Source of the DNA: an uncultured Acidobacteriota bacterium
GTDB taxonomy: Bacteria > Acidobacteriota > Thermoanaerobaculia > Multivoradales > UBA5704
Direction: 5' to 3'
Assembly (NCBI GenBank): GCA_963756595.1
Contig: CAVWOZ010000017.1
Span: forward strand, 26,597-90,596
Length of the DNA: 64,000 nt
Under the pieces are notes generated by a model. That model was given only the letters and a program-made list of their open reading frames with translations. It had not been told where the DNA came from and did no database searches. Within the stretch, counting starts at the first letter, position 1. Every line of letters starts with the position of its first letter. The translations under genes and the position numbers were made by a program. Of this stretch, positions 37,685-64,000 are shown piece by piece.

Positions 37685-40600
37685 TCAGGAGGCGGCGCCG
37701 GCGCCGCGGGTCCGATAATCGTTGACGAACCAGCGCAGCACCTCGCGGCAGTGCGCCGCCAGCGCCTGCACCGTTTCGACCTTGTGCAGGTTGGTGTTGT
37801 GCTCCCACTTGATCAGCAGCTTGTCCTCGATGACGTAAGCGCCGATGGTGATCGGGCAGAGCCGCTTGGTGCCGCGGTCCTGGTGATAGCCGCCGAACAT
37901 CTGGAGCTTGCGCAGCCGCTCGAGCTCCTTGGCGTTGTCGGGGCCGAGGTAGTTGAAGAAGACCTGCGGCTCGAGCGCCTTGTGCATGTGGTCGACGACG
38001 TCCGGATCGGTCGAAAGATAGCGCAGCAGCCCGAAGCCCGTGCCGCCGTGCGGGATGCGCCGCAGCTGGCGGTTGAGCTCGCGGGCGCTGGCGATCCAGT
38101 CCGGGTCGGGACCGAGGTCGAGGAGCACCGGATAGATGGTGTTGAACCAGCCGATGCTGCGCGTCAGGTCCATGTCGTCGTAGAGCGCCTCGCGGCCGTG
38201 GCCGAGGAGGAGGATGGGGAGCGAGCGCGAGCCGATCCAGCGCTCGAAGGCGGTGAGCACGGCGGCGACCAGCACGGCGTCGATCTGCACGCCGAGGAAG
38301 CGCGGCACCTGCTGCAGCAGGATCTGGGTCTCCTCGAGGTCGAACTCGGCGGGCTGGAAGCGCGCCGAGATCCAGTCGTTCGGCCCCAGCTCGTGATCCA
38401 TCGGGAAGCGCGGCGGATTGATCGGCGCCTGCGCCAGCCAGTAGTCGAGCTCCTGCTGCGGCATCCCCCCCGGCTTCGCCCGCGCCGCCAGCCGCTCGGC
38501 CCACTGCTGCGCCGAGGTGGTCTTGCGCGGCACCGAGATCGCCTCCCCCGCCTCGAGCTGCCGGTAGGCGGCGTCGAGGTCGTCGAGCAGCATCTGCCAG
38601 GAGTTGATGTCGGCCGCCATGTACTGCCCGGTGATGTGAAGAAAACGGATCTTCCCCGGCTGGAGATCGAACATAACGGTACGAATCAGGTTGCCTTCCG
38701 CCATTTTGCAGCTTATCACGAGCTCGCGGACCGCCTTCGACATCACCAGCATCTGCTGGTCCTCGGCGACCTCGGAGAGGTCGACCCGCAGCAGGTTGAC
38801 CGGCGCGCCCGGCGGGTCGATGACGAGCGAGAGGCCCTTCCCCGCGACTCCCTCGCTCTCCTCGCCGACCACCCGCACCCGCAGGTTGTCGTGGTGGCGC
38901 ATGACGTGCTCCATCGCCGCCTGGAAGAGGTGGAACTGGAGGTCGCCGTCCTTCGGCTCGAACAGCATGCCGATCGTGTGGTAGTCGGGGTTCGGGTGGT
39001 GCTGGTCGAGGAAATGGAGCTGCGCCGGCGTCCAGCCGACCGCCCCGGTGACCGGACCCTGCTCGGCGACGATCTCGATGGTGCCGGCGACGGCGGCCAG
39101 CTCGGCGACCGTGCGGTGCTGGAAGACCTGCTTGGTGGTGATCCCCATCGCCGCCTTGTTCGCCTTGGTGACCACGCGGATGACGAGGAGCGAGTCGCCC
39201 CCCAGCTCGAAGAAGTCGTCGTTGATCCCCACCCGCTCGAGCGAGAGGAGCTCGGCCCAGAGGGCGCAGAAGAACTCCTCCTTCTCGTCGCGCGGCGCCA
39301 CGTACTCGCGGGCCGCCGAGGCGCGGTCGGGGGCCGGCAGGGCGCGGCGGTCGACCTTGCCGTTGGGGGTCAGCGGCATGGCGTCGAGGAAGGTGTAGAC
39401 CGCCGGCACCATGTACTCCGGCAGCTTCTCCTTGAGATAGGTGCGCAGGTCGGTGACGTTCGGCTTATCAGTACCGGCGGCGGTCACCAGATAGGCGGCG
39501 AGCTGCTTGCTGCCGGGCGAATCCTCGCGCGCCACCACCACCGACTGGCCGACCGCCGGATGGTGGTCGAGGGCGGCCTCGATGTCGCCGAGCTCGATGC
39601 GGAAGCCGCGCACCTTGACCTGGTGGTCGATGCGGCCGAGGAACTCGACGCGGCCGTCGGCGAGATGGCGCGCCAGATCGCCCGTGCGGTAGAGGCGCGC
39701 TCCCGGCTCCTCGACCAGCGCGGCGAACGGATGCGGGATGAACTTCTCGGCGCTGAGGTCCGGGCGCCCCCGGTAGCCGCGGGAGAGGCCGGCGCCGCCG
39801 ATCAGCAGCTCGCCCGGCACCCCGGCCGGCACCGGCTTGAGCTGGCGCGAGACGAGGTAGATCTCTGTGTTGTCGAGCGGCCTGCCGATGGTGATCGGCC
39901 CGGACGAGCCGACCTGGTCGAGGGTCGACCAGATCGTCGCCTCGGTCGGGCCGTAGACGTTCCACAGCGAGCCGCAGGCGGCGAGCAGCTGGCTCGCGAG
40001 GTCGCGCGGCAGCGCCTCGCCGCCGCAGAGGATCTTCAGGTCGCGGTCGCCGAGCCACCCCGCGGCGAGCAGCAGCCGCCAGGTGGCGGGGGTCGCCTGC
40101 ATGGCGGTGACCCCCTTCTGCTCGAGGACCTCGCGGAGCTTCTCCCCCGCCTGCGTGGTCTCGCGGGTGACCAGGATCAGCCGCGCGCCGCAGACCAGCG
40201 GCAGGTAGAGCTCGAGCCCCGCGATGTCGAAGGAGAGGGTGGTGACGGCGAGCAGGGTGTCGGCGCTGGTCAGCCCCGGGCGCTTGCGCATCGAGTTGAG
40301 GAAGTTGACCACCGCCGAGTGCGGGATCTGCACCCCCTTCGGCTTCCCCGTCGACCCCGAGGTGTAGATCACGTAGGCCACGTTCCCCGCCTGGACGCCG
40401 GCGTCGAGGGGGTCGGCGCTCTCGGCGGCGATCGCCGCCGCGTCGCGGTCGACCGCCACGATCCGCGCGCCGTGCTCGGGGAGGCGCTCGATCAGGTGTT
40501 CCTGGGTGAGGAGCACCGGTACCCGCGAGTCGTCGAGCATGTGGGCGAGGCGCTCCTTCGGGTACTCGGGGTCGAGCGGCACGTAGCCGCCCCCCGCCTT

Positions 40601-42340
40601 GAGCACCGCGAGCACCCCGGCCAGCATGTCGAGCGAGCGCTCCATGGCGAGGCCGACCAGCGTCTCCGTCCCCACGCCGTGGCGGCGCAGGTGATGGGCC
40701 AGGCGGTTGGCCCGCTCGTCGAGCTGGCGGTAGGTCAGCCGGCTCTCCTCGAGCTCGACGGCGACGGCGTCCGGGGTCTCCCGCACCCGTTCCTCGATCC
40801 AGCCGTGGAGGGTGACGGCGGGGACCTCGGCCGCGGTGGCGTTCCAGTCGACCAGCACCTGCCGCCGCTCCTCGTCCGAGAGCAGCGGCAGCTCCGAGAG
40901 GTGGAGTCCGGGGTGCGCGATCACCGCCGCCAGCACCCGCCGGTAGTGGTCGAGCAGGCGCTCCATGGTGCCGCGCTCGAAGAGGTCGGTGTTGTACTCG
41001 AGGAAGCCGTCGATGCCGGTCGGCGTGTCGGTGAAATAGAGGGTCAGCTCGGTCTTCGAGGTGCGGCTGTCGATCGCCACCGGCTGCAGCTTGAGCCCCG
41101 GCAGGTCCATCGCCTCGCCGGGGGCGTTCATCAGGATCAGCATCACCTGGAAGAGCGGCGTGCGGGCCATGTCGCGCGGCGGGTTGAGCTCCTCGACGAG
41201 CTTCTCGAACGGCACGTCCTGATGGGCGTAGGCGTCGAGCGACACCTCGCGCTCGCGCCCCAGCAGCTCGCGGAAGGTCGGGTCGCCGGAGAGGTCGCTG
41301 CGCAGCACCAGGCTGTTGGCGAAGAAGCCGATCAGCACCTCGATCTCCGGCTGGCGGCGGTTCGCGATCAGCGTGCCGACCGCGATGTCCTCCTGGGTGG
41401 TCCAGTGATGGAGGAGCGCCTTGAAGGCCGCCATCAACGCGATGAACAGGGTCGACCCCTCGCGCTGCGCGAAGGCCTTGAGGTCGCCCGCCAGACGGTC
41501 GCCGAGCACCAGCGGGATGGCGGTGCCGTTGTGCGAGCGCACGGCCGGGCGCGGGTGGTCGGTCGGCAGCTCGAGCGGCGGCACCGAGCCGAGCTGGCGG
41601 CGCCAGAAGGCGAGCTGCGCCTCGAGCACCTCGCCGGAGAGCCACTCCCGCTGCCAGACCGCGAAGTCGAGGTACTGGATGGGGAGGTCGAGCAGCGTCG
41701 AGGGGATGCCGGCCGCGAAGGCGTCGTAGATCGCCGCCAGCTCGCGGGCGAAGATCCCCATCGACCAGCCGTCGTAGGCGATGTGGTGCACGTTGTAGTA
41801 GAGCAGGTACTCGCGCTCGCCGGCGCGGAAGAGCTTGGCGCGCATCAGCGGCCCGAGGGTGAGGTCGAACGGCTCGCGGGCGTCGGCGGCGGCGAGACGC
41901 AGCGCCTCCCCCCAGGCGTCGGCCGGGTCGCTCACCCGCGGCCGCGCGTCGACGTAGGGGACCTCCATGTCGACCACCTGCGCGATCACCTGCGCCGGCG
42001 TCCCCTCGATCGAACGGAAGGTGGTGCGCAGCGTCTCGTGGCGGCGCACCACCTCGCGGAGCGCCTTCTGCATCACCTCCGGATCGAGCTCGCCGACGAT
42101 GCGGAAGGCCTGCGGGATGTTGTACTCCGGGCTCTCCGGCTCGAAGTTGTTGAGGAACCAGAGTCGCTGCTGGGCGAAGGAGAGCGGGTAGGTCTCGCTC
42201 TCGCGGGGCTGGCGCGGGATGCGCTTCGCCTCGCCGGCCGGCTTCTCCTTTTCCCGCTGTTTCTGGAGCTGCTCGAAAAGGAGCATGCGCTTCTCGAGCG
42301 GCAGCTCGGCGATGCGCTTGGCGATTTCTGTTTCCGTCAT
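37685..42340 (-). CDS. NRPS, final module: C-A-T plus terminal condensation-like domain
   Basis: N-terminal docking helix, then a C domain (YPLSFAQQRLWFL). A-domain core motifs are YTSGSTGKPKG, NVYGPTE, YRTGDLAR and VKVRGFRIELGDIE; T-domain motif is FFELGGDSLL. The C-terminal roughly 450 aa form a C-like domain with a degenerate His motif (LHITGQYMAADINSW). No thioesterase domain is present. Hand-extracted specificity code DILQLGVIWK matches the Gly code DILQLGLIWK at 9 of 10 positions. Confidence 0.9.
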   Translation of the reverse strand: MTETEIAKRIAELPLEKRMLLFEQLQKQREKEKPAGEAKRIPRQPRESETYPLSFAQQRLWFLNNFEPESPEYNIPQAFRIVGELDPEVMQKALREVVRRHETLRTTFRSIEGTPAQVIAQVVDMEVPYVDARPRVSDPADAWGEALRLAAADAREPFDLTLGPLMRAKLFRAGEREYLLYYNVHHIAYDGWSMGIFARELAAIYDAFAAGIPSTLLDLPIQYLDFAVWQREWLSGEVLEAQLAFWRRQLGSVPPLELPTDHPRPAVRSHNGTAIPLVLGDRLAGDLKAFAQREGSTLFIALMAAFKALLHHWTTQEDIAVGTLIANRRQPEIEVLIGFFANSLVLRSDLSGDPTFRELLGREREVSLDAYAHQDVPFEKLVEELNPPRDMARTPLFQVMLILMNAPGEAMDLPGLKLQPVAIDSRTSKTELTLYFTDTPTGIDGFLEYNTDLFERGTMERLLDHYRRVLAAVIAHPGLHLSELPLLSDEERRQVLVDWNATAAEVPAVTLHGWIEERVRETPDAVAVELEESRLTYRQLDERANRLAHHLRRHGVGTETLVGLAMERSLDMLAGVLAVLKAGGGYVPLDPEYPKERLAHMLDDSRVPVLLTQEHLIERLPEHGARIVAVDRDAAAIAAESADPLDAGVQAGNVAYVIYTSGSTGKPKGVQIPHSAVVNFLNSMRKRPGLTSADTLLAVTTLSFDIAGLELYLPLVCGARLILVTRETTQAGEKLREVLEQKGVTAMQATPATWRLLLAAGWLGDRDLKILCGGEALPRDLASQLLAACGSLWNVYGPTEATIWSTLDQVGSSGPITIGRPLDNTEIYLVSRQLKPVPAGVPGELLIGGAGLSRGYRGRPDLSAEKFIPHPFAALVEEPGARLYRTGDLARHLADGRVEFLGRIDHQVKVRGFRIELGDIEAALDHHPAVGQSVVVAREDSPGSKQLAAYLVTAAGTDKPNVTDLRTYLKEKLPEYMVPAVYTFLDAMPLTPNGKVDRRALPAPDRASAAREYVAPRDEKEEFFCALWAELLSLERVGINDDFFELGGDSLLVIRVVTKANKAAMGITTKQVFQHRTVAELAAVAGTIEIVAEQGPVTGAVGWTPAQLHFLDQHHPNPDYHTIGMLFEPKDGDLQFHLFQAAMEHVMRHHDNLRVRVVGEESEGVAGKGLSLVIDPPGAPVNLLRVDLSEVAEDQQMLVMSKAVRELVISCKMAEGNLIRTVMFDLQPGKIRFLHITGQYMAADINSWQMLLDDLDAAYRQLEAGEAISVPRKTTSAQQWAERLAARAKPGGMPQQELDYWLAQAPINPPRFPMDHELGPNDWISARFQPAEFDLEETQILLQQVPRFLGVQIDAVLVAAVLTAFERWIGSRSLPILLLGHGREALYDDMDLTRSIGWFNTIYPVLLDLGPDPDWIASARELNRQLRRIPHGGTGFGLLRYLSTDPDVVDHMHKALEPQVFFNYLGPDNAKELERLRKLQMFGGYHQDRGTKRLCPITIGAYVIEDKLLIKWEHNTNLHKVETVQALAAHCREVLRWFVNDYRTRGAGAAS

Positions 42341-42382
42341 CTGTAAATCTCCTGTCGTTACCCTTGCGAAGCGCGGAGCCGT

Positions 42383-45300
42383 TCAGCCCGGCAGGCCTTC
42401 CATCTCGCGCAGCAGCCTGGCCAGCAGGTCGTCGTCGGCCCGCGCCAGCTCTTTTTGAACGATCGCCTCGGCGAGTCCGGCCACCGTCGGGCTGTCGAAG
42501 ATGACGCGCAGCGGCAGCTCGATCGCGAAGGCGTCGCGCATCCGCGACAGCACCTGCGTCGCCATCAGCGAGTGGCCGCCCAGCTCGAAGAAGTTGTCGT
42601 GCGCCCCCACCCGCTCGAGGCGGAGCACCTCGGCCCAGATCGCCGCCACCTTCTCCTGCACCGCCCCCTCGGGCGGCACGAAGTCGCGCCCCAGCTCGGG
42701 ACGGGCGCCGTCGGGGGCCGGCAGCGCCTTCCGGTCCACCTTGCCGTTGGCGGTCAGCGGCAGAGCCGGCAGCGCCACGAACCACGACGGGATCATGGGC
42801 TCCGGCAGCGCCTCCTTGAGCGCCGCGCGCAGGTCGGAGACGGTGAGCGGCTGTGCCGCTGCCTCGTCCGCCGGCACGTAGTAGGCGGCGAGCTGCGGGT
42901 TGCCGGGCGTGTCCTCCCGCACCATCACCGTCACCCCGGAGATCGCCGGCAGGCGCGAGAGGGCCGCTTCGATCTCCCCCAGCTCGATGCGGAAGCCGCG
43001 GATCTTCACCTGGTGGTCGATCCGCCCCAGGTACTCGAGGTCGCCGTCCGGCAGGCGGCGCGCCAGGTCGCCCGAGCGGTAGAGGCGGGCGCCGGCCGGG
43101 CCGAACGGATCGGGGACGAAGCGCTCCGCCGTCAGCTCGGGCCGGCCGAGGTAGCCGAGGGCCACCCCTTCTCCACCCACCACCATCTCCCCCGGCACGC
43201 CGACCGGCTGCACGCTGAGAGCCGCGTCCACGATGTGGAGGGTGAGGTCGGGGATCGGCACGCCGAGCACGCTCCCCCGCCCGGCGGCGAGGTCGGCGCG
43301 GCGGATCGGCCGGTAGGTGACGTGGACGGTGGTCTCGGTGATGCCGTACATGTTGACCAGCAGCGGCCGCTCGTCGCCGTGGCGCGCGAACCAGGGGGCG
43401 AGCGAGGGCAGGTCGAGCGCCTCGCCGCCGAAGATCACCCGCCGCAGGGCGAGCGACGGTGCGGCCCCGGCGAGGACCGTCTCCTCCGCCCACAGGAGCT
43501 GGCGGAAGGCGGACGGCGTCTGGTTGAGCACCGTCACCTTCTCAGTCGCCAGCAGGGCGTAGAACGCCTCCGGCGAGCGGCTCTCCCAGTAGGGGACCAC
43601 CATCAGCCGGCCGCCGTAGAGGAGCGCTCCCCAGATCTCCCACACCGAGAAGTCGAAGGCGTAGGAGTGGAAGAGGGTCCACACGTCCTCGGGGCCGAAA
43701 GCGAACCACGGGGCGGTGGCGCTGAGCAGACGGGTGACGTGGCCGTGCGGGATCACCACCCCCTTCGGGCGGCCGGTCGAGCCCGAGGTGTAGATCACGT
43801 AGGCCGGCAGCTCGGCGTCGGCCGGCACGCCGGCGCTCGTCGGCTCGCGGGCGGCGATCGCCGCCGCCTCGGCCGCGAGGTCGATCACCTTCAGCCCCGG
43901 CCGCTGCGGCAGGGAGGCCGCCGCTTCCCCCTGGGTGAGGACGACGGCGACGTGGCTGTCCGCCAGGGCGAAGGCGAGGCGCTCGGCGGGGTACGACGGG
44001 TCGAGCGGCAGGTAGCCGGCGCCCGCCTTGAGCGTCGCCACGATCGCCACCACCAGCTCGAGCGAGCGCTCGAAGCAGAGCCCCACGAGGTCCCCCGGCC
44101 GCACGCCGGCGGCGAGCAGGTGGCGGGCGAGGCGGTTGGCCCGCTCGTCGAGCTCGCGGTAGCTGAGGGCCTCCGCGCCGAGCGACACCGCGGGCCGGTC
44201 GGGGGTCTGCTCCGCCTGCGCCTCGAAGAGGCGGTGGATCGGGGCCCGTCCCTTGTCCAGGGGCACCGCCGCCGGGTTCCACTCCGCCACCATCTGATGG
44301 CGCTCGGCTTCACCGAGCAGCGGCAGGTCGGCGATCCGCGCCGGCGCCTCGGCCAACATACCCGTGAGCAGGTGGACGAAGGAGAAGCAGAGGCGGCTGA
44401 TCGTCGCCGGATCGAACAGCTCGGTGCTGTACTCGACGTCGAAGATCGTCCGCTCGCCATCGGCCTGCACGGCGAGGGTGAGGTCGAACTTCGCCGTGCC
44501 GCTGGCGGCGCCGAGCGGCGTCACCCGCAGCCCCTCGGCCACGAAGTCCCGGCGGGCCAGGTTCTGGAACGCCAGCACCACCTGGAAGAGGGGCGAATGG
44601 CTCATGCTGCGCTCGGGCGACAGCTCCTCGACCAGCTTCTCGAACGGCACGTCCTGGTGGGCGTCGGCGTCGAGCACCGTCTCGCGGAGGCGCTCGACGA
44701 GGGCGCGGACCTCGTCCTCGCCGGCGACGTCGCAGCGCATCACCAGGGTGTTGACGAAGAAGCCGATCAACGGCTCGATCTCCACCCGGTTGCGGCCGGC
44801 GACCGGCACCCCGACGGCGAAGGTCGATTGGCCGCTGAAGCGATGGAGCAGCGCCGCGAAGCCGGCGAGGAGGACCATGAACGGCGTCGCCGCGAGGCGC
44901 CGCCCGGCGAGCTTCAACGCCGCGGAGAGGTCGCTGCCGAGGGCGATCCGGCGCCCGGCGCCGCGCCGGCTGCGCACCGCGGGGCGCGGGCGGTCGGTGG
45001 GGAGCTCGATCAGCGGCGGCAGGCCGGCGAGCCGCTCGCGCCAGTGCGCCAGCTCCGCCGCCAGCGTCTCCCCCGAGAGCCAGCGGCGCTGCCAGTGGGC
45101 GAAGTCGGCGTACTGGATGGGCAACGCCGGAAGAGACGCGGGCTTGCCCAGGGTCAGCTCGGCGTAGAGGGCCGACATCTCGTGCACGAAGATCGGCAGC
45201 GACCAGCCGTCGCTGACGATGTGGTGCAGGGTGACCAGGAGGACGTGCTCCTCGCCCCCCAGGCGCAGCAGGGTCGCACGCAGCAGGGGGCCGTGGTCGA

Positions 45301-48300
45301 GCGAGAACTGCAGCCGGCTCTCGACGGCCATGCACACCCGCGCCTCCCTCCCCCGCCGCGCCTCCTCGAGGGCGCTGAGGTCGACCACCGGCAGGGCTCC
45401 GGGAACTGGCGGATGGACCACTTGCAGCGGCAGCCCGTCGACGGCCGTGAAGGTGGTGCGCAGCGCCTCGTGGCGCCGCACGATCCCGTCGATCGCCCCG
45501 GCCAGCGCGGCGACCTCCAGCGCTCCTTCGAGGTGGAGCGCCATCGGGATGTTGTAGGTGGCGCTCTCCGGCTCCAGGCGGTCGAGGAACCAGAGGCGCT
45601 GCTGCGAGAACGACACCGCCAGCGCCTCGCCGCGCGGCACCGGCTCGATCCGCGGCGGCCCCGCGACCTCGCCAGCGGCGCCGGCGCGGCGGATCTCCTC
45701 GATGGTGCGGGCGAGCCCGGCGAGGGTGGGATTGTCGAACAGGGCGCGCAGCGGCAGCTCGACGCGGAACTGCTCGCGTGCCCGGGAGATCACCTGGGTG
45801 CCGAGCAGCGAGTGGCCGCCGAGGTCGAAGAAGTCGTCGTGGGCGCCGGCCCGCGGCACCCCCAGCACCTCGCACCAGATCCCCTCGAGGATCTCCTCGG
45901 CCGCCGTGCGCGGCGCCACGTACCCCCCCTCGCTCTCGGCGTGCTCGTAGACGGGCTCCGGCAGGGCGCGCTGGTCGACGCGGCCGTTCGAGGTCAGCGG
46001 CAGGGCGTCGAGCAGCACCACGGCGGCGGGGATCATGTGCTCTGGGAGACTCTCGCGGAGGAAGTCGCGCAGCTCGCGGACCGTCGCCTCCGTCCCCGGC
46101 ACCAGCGTCGCGTAGCCGACCAGCCGCTTCCCCAGCCGGCCGTCGCTGCGCACCAGGACGATGCTGTCCTTCACCGCCGGGTGGCGCGCCAGCACCGCGC
46201 CGACCTCCGCCGGCTCGACGCGGAAGCCGCGGATCTTCACCTGGTCGTCGCGCCGCCCGAGGTACTCGAGGTCGCCGGTCGGCAGCCAGCGGCCGACGTC
46301 CCCCTGGCGGTACATGCGCAGCCCCTCGCCGTAGCCGAGGCTGGCGGCGAACGGGTCAGGGAGGAAGCTCGCCGCCGTGCGGTCGGGCCAGTTGGCGTAG
46401 CCGCGCGAGACGTTGGGGCCGCCGATGTAGACGTCCCCCGCCACCCCCGCCGGCACCGGCTCGAGCGCGGCGTCGAGCACGTAGGCGCAGCAGTTGTGGA
46501 TGGTGCGGCCGACCGGCACGCGGTCGCCGGCGCGGAAGCGCGCCAGGTCCTCGACGCCGGGCTGGTAGACCACGGCGGTGACCGTCGCCTCGGTCGAGGC
46601 GTAGCTGTTGTTGAGGGCCACGCGGTCGCCGACCAGCGCGAGCCACTCCGCCACCCGCTCGGGGAGCGCCTGCTCGGTGCCGATGACGACCAGGCGCAGC
46701 GGCTCCGGCGGCGGCGTCATCGCCCGCGCCAGCTCCCCCACCCACTCGTGCCAGTAGGCGGTCGGCAGGTCCATGGCGGTGATCCCGTAGCGCTCGATCA
46801 GCTGCCAGAGCTCGCCGAACGACGGGAAGAGGCCCGGCGGACGCGGCACCACGGCGCCGCCGTGGATCCAGGTCGGGAAGATCTCCTCCGAGGTGATGTC
46901 GAAGCTGATCGAGGTGAACTGGAGAGTGCGGTCGCGCGGCCCCATGCGGTAGGCGAGGCCGCAGGCGGTGACGTGGTTGATCATCGCCCGGTGCGGCACG
47001 GCGACCCCCTTCGGCCGCCCCGTCGAGCCCGAGGTGTAGACGATGTAGGCGAGGCTCTCGGGGTCGATCTCCCAATCCGGCGCCTCCGCGCTCTCCGCCG
47101 AGAGATCGAGGCCGTCGACAGCGATCACCGCCGGCCCGCCGGCGAGCGCGGGGAGGCGGTCGGCGAGGTGCGACTGGATGAGCAGCACCGGCATGGCGGT
47201 GTCCTCGATCATCAGGGCGAGGCGCTCCTGCGGATACTCGGGGTCGAGCGGCACCCAGGCGCCCCCCGCCTTGAGCACGGCGAGGAGGACCAGCGGCATC
47301 TCGAGCGAGCGCTCGACGCAGACGCCGACCGACATCTCGGCCCCCACCCCCAGCCGGCGCAGGCGGCGGGCCAGGCGGTTGGCCTGCGCCTCGAGCTCGC
47401 CGAAGGTGAGCACGCGGTCGCCGAAGAGGACGGCCGGCGCGTCGGGGTTCCGGCGCGCAGCCTCTGCGACGCGGTCGAGGATGGTGGCGGGAGCTCCGGC
47501 GTAGCGCTGGTTCCAGTCGACCAGGATCTGCCGCCGCTCCTCCGGCAGCAGCATCGGCAGCTCGCCGACCCCCCGCTCGGGGGCGGCGAGGACGGCCGCC
47601 AGCAGGGTCTCGAAGTGGCCGGCCATGCGCGCCACCGTCGCCCGCTCGAAGAGGTCGGTGCTGTACTCGAGATAGCCGCCGAGGCCGCCGGGATGCTCGA
47701 ACATCTCGAGGGTGAGATCGATCTTCGCGAGCCCGCGGTCGACCGGCAGGCTCGACAGCGCCAGCCCCGGCAGGGCGAGCGCGCCGCCGCCACCACCCAT
47801 GGCGTTCTGGAGCGCGAAGACCACCTGGAAGATGGGGTTGTGCGACAGGTTGCGGTCCGGCTGCAGCTCCTCGACCAGCTTCTCGAAGGGGAGGTCCGAG
47901 TGGCCGAAGACGGCCAGCGCTTCGGCGCGCACGCGGCCGAGCAGGGCGAGGAACCCCTCCTCCGGCCGCAAGGTGGCGCGCACCAGCAGGGTGCTGGCGA
48001 AGCAGCCGACCACCCGCTCGTGCTCGGTGCGGTTGCGGTTGGCGACCGGCACCCCGACCACGAAGTCGCCCTGCCCCGTATAGCGGAAGAGGAGGAGGTC
48101 GAAGAGGGTGAGGAGCGCCATGAACGGCGTCGCCCCCGCCCCCTGGGCCAGCGCCTTGAAGCGAGCCGCGGCGGGATCGGGGATCTCGAAGCGCACCGCG
48201 TCGCCGCGCGGCGAGGCCATGTGGCGCCGGGGATGGTCGGTGGGGAGCTCGAGGACGGTGGGCGCTCCCTCCAGCCGCTCCCGCCAGAAGGCGATCTCCT

Positions 48301-48999
48301 GGCGCAGCGCCTCGCCGTGCAGGCGCTGGCGCTGCGCGCGGGCGAAGTCGGCATAGCTCGCCCGCAGCGCCGGGAGGTCGGGCTTCCCACCGGTGGCAAA
48401 GGCAGAATAGAGCGCGGCGAAGTCGCGCAGGATCAGCCCCACCGACCAGCCGTCGCTGACGATGTGGTGGTGGCAGAGCAGGAGCACGTGCTCCTCGCCC
48501 CCCAGACGCAGCAGCGTGGCGCGGAAGAGCGGCCCGCGGGCGAGGTCGAACGGCCGGCGCGACTCCTCGCCGGCGAGCGCCGTCGCCCGCTCCAGGGCCT
48601 CCTCCGGCGCCAGTCCGGTGAGATCGACGACCCTGACCAGAGGGCCGGCACCCGGAAGCTCACGCTCGACGCGCTGCACCGGCTCCGCCCCCTCGAGAGG
48701 GAAGCGGGTGCGCAGCGACGCGTGGCGGCGGACCAGCCCGTCGAGCGAGCGCTCGAGCGCCCCGCGGTCGAGGACCCCCGTCAGGCGCAACGCCCGGAAC
48801 ATGTTGTCGAGGTAGCTGCCGGGGTCGAGCTGGTCGAGGAACCAGAAGCGCTGCTGCGCGAAGGAGAGCGGATAGTCCCCCGGCTCGGCCGCCGATACCG
48901 CGGGAGGGGCGCCGCCCATCGCCTTTTCACGGGCGAGGCGGGCGACGAGGGCGAGCTTCTCCTCGCGCGAGAGGTTGGCGAGATCGGCCGGGGCGACGC

Positions 49000-49003
<4 letters not shown>
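42383..49003 (-). CDS. NRPS, two modules (C-A-T-C-A-T)
   Basis: The real start is a GTG at 49003 overlapping the upstream gene's TGA (GTGA); the protein begins MSVAPADLANLSREEKLALVARLAREKA. C domains carry HHIVSDGWS motifs. A1 has a non-canonical A5 (NSYASTE) and the code DIEDVGSVTK (acidic pocket). A2 reads DFWNIGMVHK, an exact match to the Thr code. It ends with a COM-like tail. The 3789-aa ORF listed for this frame is an upstream artifact. Confidence 0.9.
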
Positions 49004-55551
<6,548 letters not shown>

Positions 55552-55566
55552 AGTAGGGATGACTCC

Positions 55567-64000
<8,434 letters not shown>

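Noticed and set aside
37587-43493. Long alternative-frame ORFs inside NRPS genes (for example 37364-42346 plus strand, 1660 aa; 39468-43493 minus strand, 1341 aa)
   Set aside because: Low-complexity Arg/Gly/Asp-rich translations with no motifs, overlapping well-supported NRPS frames.

Overview
The window is about 70% GC and carries Gram-negative-type genes (Mla system, TolC/RND efflux, beta-barrel outer-membrane protein). It may come from a Myxococcota- or Acidobacteriota-like organism, but that is a low-confidence guess. Positions 1-7.7 kb hold a MntA/HepT-like toxin-antitoxin pair at the window edge, then a minus-strand housekeeping block of dnaB, alr and mlaE/mlaF/mlaD, then a histidine-box membrane desaturase or hydroxylase. 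Positions 7.8-14.3 kb look like an accessory island. They contain an AT-richer degenerate-repeat gap and two tandem TIR-NB-ARC-TPR (STAND/NLR-like) genes. Copy 1 is heavily decayed; copy 2 is intact apart from one frameshift. Positions 14.6-28.4 kb carry a small UBP-type zinc-finger protein, a receiver domain fused to a thioredoxin-reductase-like flavoprotein, and a TolC-MFP-RND efflux operon whose pump is frameshifted in a GGC-repeat tract. This stretch also holds a DUF4143 ATPase, a secreted double-VWA protein and a DUF4337 protein. Two copies of a roughly 143-bp MITE-like palindromic element lie at 16.7 kb and 24.6 kb, with other REP-like hairpins nearby. Positions 28.4-64 kb, continuing past the window end, are dominated by one large nonribosomal peptide synthetase biosynthetic gene cluster on the minus strand. 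It has four NRPS genes with at least eight modules in the window. The last module ends in a condensation-like terminal domain rather than a thioesterase. Downstream on the same strand are an MFS exporter and an outer-membrane protein. The convergent plus-strand flank carries a clavaminate-synthase-like Fe/2OG hydroxylase, two SGNH-like hydrolase paralogs and a divergent pair of citrate-synthase-like genes, one fused to a HTH domain with a palindromic operator. The 3789-aa ORF in the track is an artifact; the real third NRPS gene starts at a GTG that overlaps the stop codon of the second. Adenylation-domain specificities, read by hand from the substrate-contact positions, suggest ...Pro-Leu-Pro-X-Gly-X-Thr-Gly. 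X is predicted by acidic-pocket domains with no known code match. This is inference.
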